DNA of 64,000 nucleotides from Malacoraja senta (taxonomy: Eukaryota): the NCBI GenBank assembly GCA_038087875.1, contig CM075989.1, positions 2,604,001 through 2,668,000 on the forward strand, read 5' to 3'. This document shows positions 11,386-24,020 of this stretch, one piece after another; the first letter of the stretch is position 1, and every line of letters begins with the position of its first letter. The position numbers and the translations under genes were made by a program. Below the pieces are notes generated by a model. That model worked only from the letters and a program-made list of their open reading frames with translations, was not told the origin of the DNA and searched no databases.

Positions 11386-11862
11386 AGGGCCTGTCCCACG
11401 GGCATGCGACTCCATGCGGCAAGCGCGACCTAACCGCAAGCGGGGGCCGTGCGGAGGTCGAGTGATCCCCGAACAGGGCCGGTCCCACCAGCATGCATCT
11501 GCATGCGGCAAGCGCTACCAAATCGGAAGGGGGGGGCCGCGCGGAGGTCGAGTGCCGTCAAGACGGTGCGTACGGCGGCGAGGCAGTGCGCACGGCCGTC
11601 GATGCGGCTGCGTCCGGCGTCGAGGCAGTGTGCACGGCCGTCGATGCGGCGCGCACGGCCTCGATGCGGCAGGCCGTTGCTGCACGGAAGTTTTGAACAG
11701 TGTCAGTTTTTCGGAGCCCCGCGCGATGTCGGGACAAGCTCCGCACAACTCCATGCGTCTCCCGCGATCGAAGTGGGATCGGCCCCGCGACCACCGCGCG
11801 GCCCCCGCTTGCAGTTAGGTCGCGCTTGCCGCATGGAGTCGCATGCCCGTGGGACAGGCCCT
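11386..11862. mobile_element. PIF/Harbinger-type MITE, GC-rich
   Basis: About 50-bp near-perfect TIR agggcctgtcccacgggcatgcgactccatgcggcaagcgcgacctaac; 3-bp TSD TAA (11383-85 / 11863-65). Confidence 0.85.
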
Positions 11863-12114
11863 TAAGGGTTCCAAAGCAGACCAGATGACCGTGCAGAATG
11901 GTGTCAAGCAAGGCGGTATCACCACAGTTAAACCTTCTAGCTCACCTCCAGCACAATGCCCTTCGATCTGAACCTGATTTACAGGACAAGTGAGAAATCT
12001 GTCAACCTTTGCTGTGTCTACTCCAGAATCATGTCCCTCTGACCCGACTCAGCTTGTAGCTCAAAGAAGCCGTGGGATTAGGATGTCCTTGTAAACAATT
12101 CACAAAAGGCCAGT

Positions 12115-12428
12115 GAGTTTAGTTTGGTTTAGAGATACAGCACGGAAACAGGCCCTTCAGCCTACTGAGTCCACGCCGAACAGCGATCCCCGCACATTAA
12201 CACTATCCTACACTAGGGACAATTTTTTCATTTACACCAATCCAATTAACCTACAAACCTGTACGTCTTCAGAGTTTGGGAGGAAACCAAAGTTCTTGGA
12301 GAAATCCCACGCAAGTCACGTGGAGAACGTACAAACTCCGTACAGACAGCACCCATAATCAGGATCGAACCCGGGTCTCTGGTGCTGTAAGGCTACCACT
12401 ACTCTACTGCTGCGCCACCATGCCGTCC
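12115..12428 (-). mobile_element. HE1-type SINE
   Basis: Reverse-complement SINE core and tail. Confidence 0.85.
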
Positions 12429-12559
12429 GTTAACAATTTGTTTGTAGCTACAGTAAGTGATTAGTTCTCTAACTTAGTTTCAGCCAAGGAACAAGTTTGT
12501 TGGAGGTGAAGAGCAACATTGCGATGAGAAAGGGCCGTAATAATGAAGGTTACTGATCT

Positions 12560-13130
12560 TTGCAAATACATTTGGACATGAATGGAGGGAGAGCATGCTT
12601 TCAGTTACATGGAGCATCTCAACTGAAACACTGTGCAGTATTGGAGTCTTTATCTAAAGAAGGTTGTTAATGCAGAGGAAGTGATTCAGGTAAGGGGTAT
12701 ACAGGACTAATACCTGGAACAGGTAGCTAGTCTATGAGAAAATAATGGATAGGTTAAGTTCATATCTGTTGGAGTTTCAAAGGGTAAGAAAAAACTTGAT
12801 AGGAATGTAAAAGATGGTTGTGGGTATTGGCAGTTTGGATGTGGAGAGGATGTTTCCTTTTCCGTGAGAATCTAGAGTTAATTAAATGTAACCTAGGGGT
12901 CACCTAGGTAAGATGGAGAGTTTTTATTTTTCCTCAGAGAGTCATGCATCTTTGAACTCTCAAGCGGCAGTGGTAGAAGAGTCGGTGAATATTTTTAAGC
13001 TGGAGTCAGAATCTTGATGAGCAAGGGGATGAAAGGTCAGGATGAGTGGAATGGAAATAGGGATTGCAATCAGATCAGCAATGATCTTATATATAAGGGA
13101 GCAGGCTCGAGATGCTGAGTGCCCTACCCC
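12560..13130 (+). mobile_element. Old, diverged CR1 fragment
   Basis: Degenerate CR1 ORF2 3' sequence (gatgtggagaggatgtttcc, gatcagcaatgatc). Confidence 0.55.
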
Positions 13131-13275
13131 TGCAGTAATATGCTAGCTCAAAGTTTCGTAGTTCCCTGATAATATTTGCGTAAGAGCATTATTGGGGTCA
13201 GGCTTGAAATCAACAATGACTGCTGTAGCAAATCAGAGTCTGTTTAACAGTTATATCCACTCAAGCAAACATATT

Positions 13276-13568
13276 TAGACTTTAGATACAGCGTGGAAAC
13301 AGGCCCTTCGTCCCGCCGATTCCATACCGACCAGCGATCCCCATACTATCCTAAACACTAGGGATAATTTACAATTTTACTGAAGCCAATTAACCAACAA
13401 ACCTGCATGTCTTTGGAGTGTGGGAGGAAACTGGATCACCTGGAGAAAAGCCACGCAGGTCATGGGGAGAACGTACAAACTCCGTACAGACAGCACCCGT
13501 AGTCAGGATCGAAGTCGGGTATCTGGTGCTGCAAAGCAGCAACTCTACCGCTGTGCCACCGTGCCACC
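13276..13568 (-). mobile_element. HE1-type SINE
   Basis: Reverse-complement SINE core and tail. Confidence 0.85.
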
Positions 13569-13661
13569 CATATCTTCTGCCAACCTACAAACAAATACCC
13601 TCTACCATCCTCTACTAACCCCACTGCCCCATACCATTCACTGCTATGAAAACCACAAGGA

Positions 13662-14100
13662 CATTGAAAAGACTAGGCTTGTATTCACTAGAGTTTAGAA
13701 GGATGAGGGGGTATCTTATAGAAACATATAAAATTATAAAAGGACTGGACAGGCTAGATGCAGGGGAAATGTTCCCAATGTTGGGCGAGTCCAGAACCAG
13801 GGGCCACAGTCTTAGACTAAAGGGGAAGCCATTTAAGACTGAGGTGAGAAAAAACCTTTTCACCCAGAGAGTTGTGAATTTGTGGAATTCCCTGCCACAG
13901 AGGGCAGTGGAGGCCAAGTCACTGGATGGGTTTAAGAGAGAATTAGATAGAGCTCTAGGGGCTAGTGGAATCAAGGGATATGGGGAGAAAGCAGGCACGG
14001 GTTATTGATTGGAGATGATCAGCCATGATCACAATGAATGGCGGTGCTGGCTAGAAGGGCCGAATGGCCCCCTGCACCTATTTTCTATGTTTTCTATGTC
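13662..14100 (+). mobile_element. CR1 LINE 3' end
   Basis: ORF RLGLYSLEFRRMRG...TRGHSLRL...FTQRVVNLWNSLP; tail (ttctatgt)n. Confidence 0.9.
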
Positions 14101-14728
14101 TCTTTGACTCCCTGAAAGGTGCTGACCACGTCACACATCTCAGAAGCCACTCTCCAAAAAAGGTAGACATTAATAAAATTCACCCCCGCCCCTCAATGCA
14201 CCAAGACAACCTTTGGCTGTCCCAGCTAAAGGGACGTCAAGGCCCTGTATAAAGCTTGTGGTCTTCCTGGTAGTGTGATCCACATTCTTCTGTACACTAC
14301 AACACTGGAGAAATGCAATCTCTGGAGAAATGCAGTATTTCACAAAGTCTTCCAAAACTAGTGACGGATGAGGGAATCACCATCAGTGTCCTATCCCAGG
14401 CTAACATCCCACACTATTGTAATCAATGGACAACCCCAATCATTCAGGGAGGCATGGTGGCACAGCGGTAGGGTTGCTGCCTCACAGCGCCAGAGTTTGT
14501 ACGCTCTCCCTGTGACCGTGTAGGTTTTCTCCGTCTGCCCCAATTTTTATTTCTTATGATTTTAAAGTCAAATTCCACCTCCTTGGTGTTTAGTGGGGGT
14601 AATTTCATCCTGGAAAGATTTTGACATCATTAAATTTTACTGTGTGTTGAATTAATGGAAGATGCATTAATGTTAGCGTAAGTGTTTCTCAATGTCGAAT
14701 GGATTAAAACAGCCTCCCATAATTACTG

Positions 14729-14932
14729 TGTTTAAGAAGGAACTGCAGATGCTGGAAAATCCCAGGTACACAAAAATGCTGGAGAAACTCAGCGGGTGCA
14801 GCAGCATCTATGGAGCGAAGGAAATAGGCAACGTTTCGGGTCGAAAACCTTCTTCCGACCTGAAACGTTGCCTATTTCCTTCGCTCCATAGACGCGGCTG
14901 CACCCGCTGAGTTTCTCCAGCATTTTTGTGTA
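14729..14932. mobile_element. Penelope-derived hairpin element with 16-bp TSD
   Basis: Inverted arms aaaatgctggagaaactcagcggg...; TSD cctcccataattactg at 14713-14728 and 14933-14948. Confidence 0.8.
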
Positions 14933-16601
14933 CCTCCCATAATTACTGCCATGACAGACTCAATGCTGAATTTGTCCATAGCCCTTAAGATTCTCAGTTT
15001 GTGTATTGTCATGTCAGGTCATAAGTGATAGGAGCAGAATGAGGCCATTCAGCCCATCAAGTCTACTCTGCCATTCAATCATGGCTGATCTATCTCTCCC
15101 TCCTAACCCCATTCTCCTGCCTTCTCCCCACACCCCCTGACACCGACAACAATCTATCGAACTGCCTTACGGTATTGTGGTCTAAGATAACTCATTTTAT
15201 TGGGATTTAGTTCTTTAGTAATCAACTCCAATGTTTTCCAGCTGTCAAAATCAAGCTGGCAGAATTCTCAAGATGGAGCTCCAGTCAAGGCTGAAAAATG
15301 TTTAATTATTTTCCTTTCCTCCAATATCAGGGTGATGATTTATTCTGATGCTACCCTCATGTTGATGTCACATGCCCCAGGCATGGTAATGATTAGTTTT
15401 CTTAAAAGAAATACACACACAGGTTGGACTTGCTGTAGTAACCCTGAACGCTGGGGGATAATTCCGGGTGGATTGATCGTTTTTTACAAAGTTTTTGTGT
15501 TTGTATCAGCCAAGGACGTGGAGTGCAGGAAGGAACTGCAGATGCTGGTTTACACCAAAGACAACCACAAAATACTGGAGTAACTCATGTTCATCCAGTA
15601 GGTGATAGGAGCAGAATTAGGCCATTAGGCCCATCGTCTACTCCATCATTCAATCATGGCTGATCATTTAAGAAAGAAGTGCAGATGCTGGAAAAATCGA
15701 AGGTAGACAAAAATGCTGGAGAAACACAGCGGGTGAGGCAGCATCTATGGAGCGAAGGGATAGGTTTTGAGTCGAGACCCTTCTTCAGACTGAGGCTGAT
15801 GGATGATCTCTCTCTCCCTCCTAACCCGATACCTCTGTCTTCTCCCCATAACCCCTGACAACTCAGTGGGTGAGGCAGAATATCTGGAGAAAAGGATAGT
15901 CTGTGGAGAGGGGAGATCTCTAGTTTCCCTCTCCCTTGATTCTCAGTCTGAAGAAGGGTCTCGACCCGAGACGTCACCTGTGGAGAATGTGGAGTGAGCC
16001 GGTTCATTTAATGGAGATACGAGGTGCCCCGCCCCTCTGACCGACATTGTTTCTCCCTTTGCAGAGGATCGATGAATCGCAATCTCGTGAAAATTGTTCC
16101 AATGAGGTCCATCAAAAGCCTTTGAAGCAGCACCTTAACTTAATAACTCAGAGAGCATGCTTTCTGCATTGGTCAATTCTATTGTAGGTCCTGCAATCAA
16201 GGAGTTATTGAGAGGTACAGCACAGGAACAGGCCCTTCGGTCCACTGAGTTAGTGCCGATCATCATACACTAGGGGCAACACAGTGGTGTAGCTGGAGCC
16301 ATCACGTCGACTTGATGGGCCGAATGGCCTAATTCTGCTCCTAGAACTTATGAAGCTCACAAACCCGGAGGAAACCCTGAAGATGGGTCCCGACCTGAAT
16401 TGCCACCTGTCCATGTTCTCCAGAAATGCTGCCTGACCCGCTGTGTCACTCCAGCACTTTGTGTCTTTATTTGTAAACCAGCAACTGCAGTTCCTTGTGT
16501 CAGCAGCAGGATTAAATAGCTCGACAACAGAAATCTTTGGGAGTATCCTGAGGTTGTGAAAAGCACTACAGAAATATTTTCTGATCCCCTTCCCCATATC
16601 G

Positions 16602-16900
16602 GGTGGCGCAGCGGTAGAGTTGCTGCCTTACAGCGGCAGAGACCTGGGTTCGATCCTGACCACGGGTGCTGCCTGTATGGAGTTTGTGCCTTCTCCCCGT
16701 GACCTGTTGTGATTCTCTCTGGGATGTCTGGTTTCCTCCCACACTCCAAAGATGAACAGGTTTGCAGGTTAATTGAATTCTGTAAGGTGTAGATTGTCCT
16801 TAGTATGTGTAGGACAGTGTTAGTTTGTGGGGATCGCAGGTCGACGCAGACTTGGTGGACTGAACTGCCGTGCTGGATCTCTAAACTAAAGTAAATTAAA
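16602..16900 (+). mobile_element. HE1-type SINE
   Basis: ggtggcgcagcggtagagttgctgcc head (A box), gggttcgatcc B box, tail. Confidence 0.85.
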
Positions 16901-17381
16901 CTAAAAGTCAGGAACAGGTGCAAATCCATATTGAATCAATTGTACAAGGCAGCCAGTTGTACCGCTGAGTCAGTTGCCAGAGCACAAGAACCAAGGTGGC
17001 ATAACTGAAACTCAAAGTACACTGTAGCTTTTTATTGAATAACAGCTCTGAATATATCTTGTTTCTGCTGCTTCATGCTGCTTTGTCGAACAGTGAAGAG
17101 GAATGAAGTTGCTCAGTCTTTTAAATAAGTTAAATCCTTGTAAAATCACAGCAGCCACATTATCTACATTTCACCACACAACACTTAGGCTTGTGGAGCT
17201 CAGAGCCTTCTTCAGCCTGAAATAGGGTCAACCCATAACCTCATACATTCATAGTCGCAGAGTCATGCAGCATGAAAACAGGCCCTTTGGCCCAACCTGT
17301 CCATGCCAACCCACATGCCACATCTCATTGTCATTTGCCCACATTTACTCCACATCCCTCTAAACCTTTCCTATCCATGTT

Positions 17382-17637
17382 AGAAACATAGAAACATAGA
17401 AAATAGGTGCAGGAGGAGGCCATTCGGCCCTTTGAGCCAGCACCGCCATTCATAGTGATCATGGCTGATCATCCCCAATCAATAACCCGTGCCTGCCTTC
17501 TCCCCATATCCCTTGATTCCACTAGCCCCTAGAGCTCTATCTAACTCTCTCTTAAATCCATCCAGTGATTTGGCCTCCACTGCCCTCTGTGGCAGGGAAT
17601 TCCACAAATCCACAACTCTCTGGGTGAAAACGTTTTT
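17382..17637 (-). mobile_element. CR1 LINE 3' end
   Basis: (catagaaa)n tail; near-identical to the reverse complement of 13860-14100. Confidence 0.85.
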
Positions 17638-18519
17638 TCCAAATATGTTTTATCCAAATATCTTTTTTAAAATGTTGTTATTGTTCCTACCTCAACTACT
17701 TCCTCTGGTCATCTGTCCATTCCCTCCAAAGATGCTGCCTGATCTGCTGAGTTCCTCCAGCAGTTTGCTTTTTGCTCAATATTTCAGCATCTGGTCTCTT
17801 GTGACTTCAAAGCCATGGTACATGGCCACACAGTAAATGCCAGTGAATACATTTTACACTATTTTTGCAACTGAAGGGTTATAAATGCACCATTGCCTTT
17901 CTCATTACTTGTGTTGATATGACATTACCCTCACAATCTTTCAATCACAGGGGAAGCACAGAACTTGCAGAAATTGAATCAATATTCATCAGATCTTTTC
18001 CTCCTCCAACGCATTCTTTAACACGTCTTTAAAGCACTTGAGTTCCTCTACCTTCTCTTCCGCAAGGTTCAGCCTTCCAAAAGTGCCACTTAACTATTAT
18101 CTACTTACTTGCCTCATCATCTCTCTTATATTATTCAGGTTAGTTCATACTGCTAAAAATTAACAGTGTTCCGTAGTCAAAACATAATAAGACTAAAGAC
18201 AAATGTTGAATTAACTCAATGGGTCAGGCAACATCTCTGGAGGAAATGAACAGCTGACGTTTCGGGTCAAGACACTTCTTCAGACTGAGGTTAAGGGGAG
18301 AGGGAAACTAGAGGCATGGAAATGTTCAGGACAAATTAATGCAGGCACCGATGAGCAAGGAAAGGTGGAGCCCACAATGGTCCATTGTTGGCTGTGGAAG
18401 AGGTGATAATGAAGGGATGTATGGGTGCAAGTGGTGGAACTGGCAGGGCGATTGGAGTGGGGAATGGCCAGAGAAAGGGAAAGCAGGGGTTACTTGAAAT
18501 TCGAGAAATCAACATTCAG

Positions 18520-19530
18520 GTACTTTCCCCTGCAACCACAAGAAATGCAACACCTGTCCCTATACCTCCTCCCTCGACTCCGACCAAGGACCCCGACAGT
18601 CTTTTCAGATGAGGCACAGGTCACGTGCACCTCCTCCTACCTCATCCACTGTATTCACTGTTCCACTGTGGACTGCTATATATCGATGAGAACAAGCTCT
18701 GACTGGGCGATCGTTTCTCTGAAGACCTCCGCTCAGTCCACCTTGGCCTATGTAATCGCCCGGTTGCCAAACACTTTAACTCCCTCTCCCATTCCCACAC
18801 TGACCTTTCTGTCCTGGGCCCCCTCCACTGTCAGAGTGATGCCACACGCAAATTGGAGGAACAGCACCTTATATTTTGCTTGGGCAGCTTACACCCCAAC
18901 GATATGAACGTTGATTTCTCTAATTTCAAGTAATCCTTGCATTCCCTCCCTTTCCATCCCTCCCCGCCCAGTCGCCCTGCCTGTTCCACTGTTCGCACCC
19001 ACATATACCTTCTTCCACAGCCAACAATGGACCATTGTGGGCTCCATCTTTCCTTGGTCATCGGTGCTGGCTCTGATTTGTTCTGTACCATTTTCATACC
19101 TCTAGTTACCCTCCACCCTGAATCTCAGTATGAAGAAGGGGTTTGACCTAAAACATCACCTATTCCTCTTCCTGAGTTATGGGCCTGTCCCACTTACGCG
19201 ACTTTTTCCGCGACTGTCGGTACCCGTCATAGGTCGTTACAGGTCGGCAAAAATGTTCAACATGTTGAAAATCCAGCGGCGGCCAGAAAGACGCTACTGA
19301 CGACCGTCCTGGCGACATGTCGCGGGGTGAAGCCTGTATGGTCGTGACTAGTCGACCAAAGAGTCGTACCTTGTTCTGGTCGCCGCTATGTTGAAAATTT
19401 TCGGCGACCTGTAACGACCTATGACGGATGCCGGCAGTCGCTGAAAAAGTCACGTAAGTGGGACAGGCCCGTTACTCTAGCATTTTGTGTCTATCATCGG
19501 TGTAAACCAGCATCTGCAGTTCCTTCTCAC
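18520..19530 (+). mobile_element. Decayed Penelope-like element 3' part (GIY-YIG remnant plus terminal repeat), interrupted by a MITE
   Basis: actttcccctgcaac...tgcacctcctcctacctcatccactgtattcactg similar to 55080-55260; terminal repeat split at ctgagtta|ctc. Confidence 0.65.
19180..19471. mobile_element. PIF/Harbinger-type MITE
   Basis: TIR gggcctgtcccacttacg(c/t)gactttt; TSD TTA (19177-79 / 19472-74); largely palindromic interior. Confidence 0.85.
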
Positions 19531-21234
19531 GGTTAATAAGACCAATTAGGTTTTGTTGTCCATAAAGGTTTCAGTTCATTTGAATTCACCTGCAAAAATA
19601 TTGTAATGGGCATTAATGTTGTCAAGTATTACTCTGTTGGGTTCTGTGCCTCTTCAGTTTCTGATGATGATAAAGGGTTGAATGAGTCAACTGACAACTG
19701 AGAATGCAGAGGCAGCGGAGGCAAAGGTTATGCGATGAGCCCTGAGGGAATGTGACCGTCTAGAATCGTTGCCATGCTATGCGAAGTTGGCACCGGCTCA
19801 ATTTGCTGAATAATCTTCTTCTTTGCTGCAAAGCTTTTATGATTCTCTGTTTCTATCATCAACTCTCCTGGGACCAAGTGATTCATATCTACTACAGCTG
19901 AAGTGATTGTATTGTCCTGCATTTTATGCTTGTATTATTCAACTGCTCAACATTAAAAGATATCAAATTCTTAGCCAATACAGGCTAACCAATTGTTTAC
20001 CTGATTAGCATCCCAGAGGATAGCATTAACCTAATGGGATGATTGACGGTCGGAATAGAGTGGCAGTGTACACAGGTGCCCGACGCCGATTACTTCATTT
20101 ATTCAGCCAACTTGAGAGGCAAACACCATTGAAAGCATCATCACTTCCTCAATCACAGTCTGGTACGGAAACACTGACAGTCACTCACTACACAGAATAC
20201 AGCGCATTGTCTCCAAGGCCTCTAGGATCATCAACTCTCCCCTCCCCTCAATCCATTCCATTTACCTCCAACGTACCTCAAAACGGGCAACAAAGATCAT
20301 CTCGGACCCCTCCCATCCAGCAAACCAATTTTTCCAGTCTCTCCCTTCAGGGAGGCGCCTTAGGTCACTTGCTACAAAATCCACCCATTTTAAAAACAGT
20401 TTCTTCCCCTCAGCAATAAGAACACAATTCCCTCCAATAACTTTTTGACTTTGATGTATACAGTGTCTTGTCTATGGTTTTTGTCTGTTCTTTTGCACTA
20501 TGATTTGTGATTTGTGATGTGCTTTATTATTATGATCTGTGTTGTTATTAGTGTTAATGTGCTAAAGCAGTGTACCATCATGTACCGAACCCAATTACCA
20601 CCAACCCTGGTCGTGTGGCAAATAAAGTTTCTATCTATCTATCTATTAGAGCAAATGAGTACCAAGTCCTGCATACAGGAGCTCGAGGGTTCAACCAGAT
20701 CTAGAAAGGTCCAGGTTCCATTGTTCAACTGTGCTATTTTCATTGAATGAAGGGTTGCGAGGTCATAGAGTCAGAGAGTCATCGATTGATAAAGTGTGGA
20801 AACAGGCCCTTCAGCCCAACATGACGTCACCAACCACCATTTCACTAGACTCCTGAAATATTCACAGTGAACCGAGGCTGAGTTGGAATCAAGTGGTAAT
20901 CCCAAACATGTAGGAAGGAACGTCAGATGCTGGATACCAAAGGTAGATGCAAAATACTGGAGTAACTCAGCGGGTCAGGCAGCATCTCTGTAGAAAAGGA
21001 ATAGGTGGTGTTTAGGGTCGAGACCTTCTTCAGACTGAGTTAAGATGCTATAAATACTCAGGTAAGATTGTAGAGAGAGAGAAACAGTCTCTTTGTTTCA
21101 CAGCACTCAATTACCTGAAATATGAATATTTTTCAACCTATAATAATTGCTGTCTGACTCGTTAAGGATATCAACTATTTTCATTTTTTTCAGGATTCCA
21201 ACATCTGTGGCATTGTGCTAGTGGACCACTGGAA

Positions 21235-21318
21235 AGCATGGTGCTAAGCAACTATTAGCATGGTGCCAAGCAACTATTAGCATGGTGCCAAGCAACTATT
21301 AGCATGGTGCCAAGCAAC
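21235..21318. repeat. 22-bp tandem repeat, ~4 copies
   Basis: agcatggtgccaagcaactatt units starting at 21235, 21257, 21279, 21301. Confidence 0.9.
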
Positions 21319-21504
21319 TTAAGTAGACTATTAACAGGATGATAAAACACTTTAGAGGGATATTGGTCGTACATGGGGAAGTGGGGCTAGATTAGATAGG
21401 GCACCTTGGTCAGCATGGACGCGTTGGGCCGAAGGGCCTGTTTCCGTGCTGTATGACTACGAGTTGGATGCTTCAGAAATCTAACTTCATGAACCTAACC
21501 ACAA

Positions 21505-22118
21505 GGGTGGCACAGCGGTAGAGTTGCTGCCTTACAGTGCTTGCAGGGCCAGAGACCCGGCTTCGATCCCGACTACGGCTGCTGTCTATGCGGAGTTTGT
21601 ACGTTCTATACGTGACCGCGTGAGCTTTCTCCGAGATATCCGGTTTCCTCCCACACTTCAAATGCGTACAGGTATTGTAGGTTATTTGTCTTGGTATGTG
21701 TAAAGATTGTCACTAATGTGTGTACAGGTTTGTGTTAGTGTGCGGGGTTTGCTGGCAGACTCGGTGTGCCGAAGGGCCTGCTTCCGTGCTGTATCTCTAA
21801 ACTAAACCATGGGCGGCAGAGTAGTGCACCTGGTAGTGCTGCTGCCTCACAGTGCCTGAGATTCTGACCTCACGTGCTCTCTGTGTGGAGCTTGCACCTT
21901 CTTCCCGCGACCGCGTGGGTTTCCTCCGGGTGCTCTGGTCTCCTCCCACATCCCAAAGACGTGCGGATGTCTAAGTTAATTGACCATCTGTAAATCGCCC
22001 CTAGCCTGTAGAGAATGAATGAACAAGTGGTTCAACATAGAACTAGTGTGAATGGGTGATCGAAGGTCTGCGCCGACTTGGTGGACCTGTTTCCATACTA
22101 TATCTTTCAATCAATCAA
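21505..22118 (+). mobile_element. Two tandem HE1-type SINEs (about 21505-21807 and 21811-22118)
   Basis: Two consecutive head-core-tail arrangements. Confidence 0.8.
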
Positions 22119-23199
22119 CTGGTCACAAAAAGAAAAGGAAAATGGAAAAGCTGGTTTCATTTTTCACTGAGGAATAAGCTGAACTATTACAAATTTAGTG
22201 TCAGAAATGCAAAACCACAATTATCTCGATGAGAGGTTATTTGAAAGAATGACAGCAACTCTCGACATGACAGGGTATATTTGAAGCCGCTGCTGATGAT
22301 GTGTTCCAAGCACATCTGTATGGAAAGCAGCACAGCAGTCTCACGGACATGGCAGAATGCAATTTTGTGAAACTGATCCCCACTGTTATAATGACAAGAT
22401 ACTGTAGGTGGCTGCTGGATGGATCATCGGCAGCTCCTTGCAGGAAAGCCTTGCTGAGCTCCTTCCCCGCACAGCATCAAAACACACTGCACTGTGGATC
22501 GTTGATGCCACGTTAGGAGCACACACCTTGAACCTGTTCTGGACGTGGAGTGTACTAACTGGGCAGTAGGTAAAGCCCAGAGCTTGGACATCGAGTATAA
22601 ACGCGGGAGAAAATCAATCCCGAGATGCAGCTGGAGCCAACTATCAGGATGACAGCTGTTTCATTTGGATGGTGAGTCACGGGGTGAGGGAGCGGAAGAG
22701 ACTAAAATGACTCACTTCTGGGTAGGGGGCATGGTTAGTGTTGCTGCCTCACAGCTCCAGGGCTCCTGGTTTGATCCAACCTTCTGCTGCTGCCTGTGTG
22801 GATTTTATCATCCACTTGACAGTCTGCTTAAACGTTGCTTGAGGCAACAGTTGCAAGGGTGGCACAGTGGCGCAGCGGTAGAGTTGCTGACTTACAGTGC
22901 CAGAGACCCGGGTTCAATCCTGACCACGGGGGATTGTAGGTTAATTAGACTCTGTAAAAACAATTGTCAATTGCCCCTAGTGTGTAGGATAGTGCTAATG
23001 TACGGGGCGATCGCTGGTTGACGCAGATTCCGTGGGCCGAAGGGCTTGTTTCCAGGCTGTAGTCTAAAGTCTAAAGTCTAAACCATTCCAAACGGTCCAC
23101 AAACAAAAGACTACAGGAATTCTAAAATAAAACTGAAAATAGAGTCTTGGGATCCAAGGGTGATGTAGCATGGACATATTGTACTACTGTAGCCATGTT

Positions 23200-23875
23200 G
23201 AACAAGATGCCCCATCTAAACTCATCCCCTTTATCCAAGCTTGGCCCAAATTTCTCTAAAGTTTTACTATCCATACTCGTCCAAAATGTCTTTTAAATGT
23301 TGTTATAGTACCTGCCACAACTACTTCCTGGGGCATCTTGCTCCATACACCCACCACCCTCTGTGTGAAAATGTTACCCCTCAGGTTCCTATTAACTCTT
23401 TCCCCTCTCACCTTAAAACTGTATCCTCTTGTTCTTGATTCTCCTACTCTGGGTTAAAGTCGCTGTGCATTAGCCCTATCTATTCCCCTCATGATCATAT
23501 ACACCTTTACCAGATCACGTCTCATCCTCCTGCGCTCCAAGAACAAGGTTCTTGACCACCCAATCTCTCCCTTTAACTCAGGCCCTCGAGTCCAGGCAAC
23601 ATTCTCCTAAACCCTTTCTGCACTCTCCAATATAATAGAATCTTTCCTACCGGATGGGTGACGAAACTGAACCCAATAATTTAAATGTGGCCTCACCAAT
23701 GTATTGTACAACTGAAGCATAATGTCCCAAATTCTACAATCTATTCCTTGACTGATGAAGGTCAGCGTGTCAAAAGCCTTCTTCACCACCCAGTGCACCT
23801 GGAACCCTCTGCTTTACAACACTCCCCTATCATTCCTGTGAAAGTCCTACCCTTGTTTGACTTCCAAAAGTGCAA
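23200..23875 (-). mobile_element. CR1 LINE fragment
   Basis: Minus-strand VVKKAFDTLTFISQGI...LYNTLVRPHL. Confidence 0.75.
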
Positions 23876-23876
23876 C

Positions 23877-23907
<31 letters not shown>

Positions 23908-23965
23908 TTTTATTTATATAGCACGTTTAAATCAACTCGCGTTGAAACCAAAGTGCTTTACATAG
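23876..23965 (-). mobile_element. (TAAG)n tail and 3' end of an L2-like LINE/SINE
   Basis: (aagt)n followed by tttatttatatagcac...caaagtgctttaca, resembling fish L2 3' ends. Confidence 0.5.
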
Positions 23966-24020
23966 AAGAAATAATTAAGTTTCCGTACATCCATAGAAAA
24001 ATTAAGGGAGTCCTCATTTA

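Noticed and set aside
11323..11911. Cluster of Arg/Ala-rich ORFs; CpG-island-like
   Set aside because: Lies within a GC-rich MITE with TIRs and TSD; stop-poor by composition.
19630..19922. Protein-like minus-strand frame (MQDNTITSAVVD...) as a possible host exon
   Set aside because: No polypyrimidine acceptor, an in-frame stop at 19728-19730, and no recognisable family.
21235..21318. Regular 22-bp repeats as a CRISPR-like array
   Set aside because: Head-to-tail units without unique spacers in eukaryotic DNA; an ordinary minisatellite.
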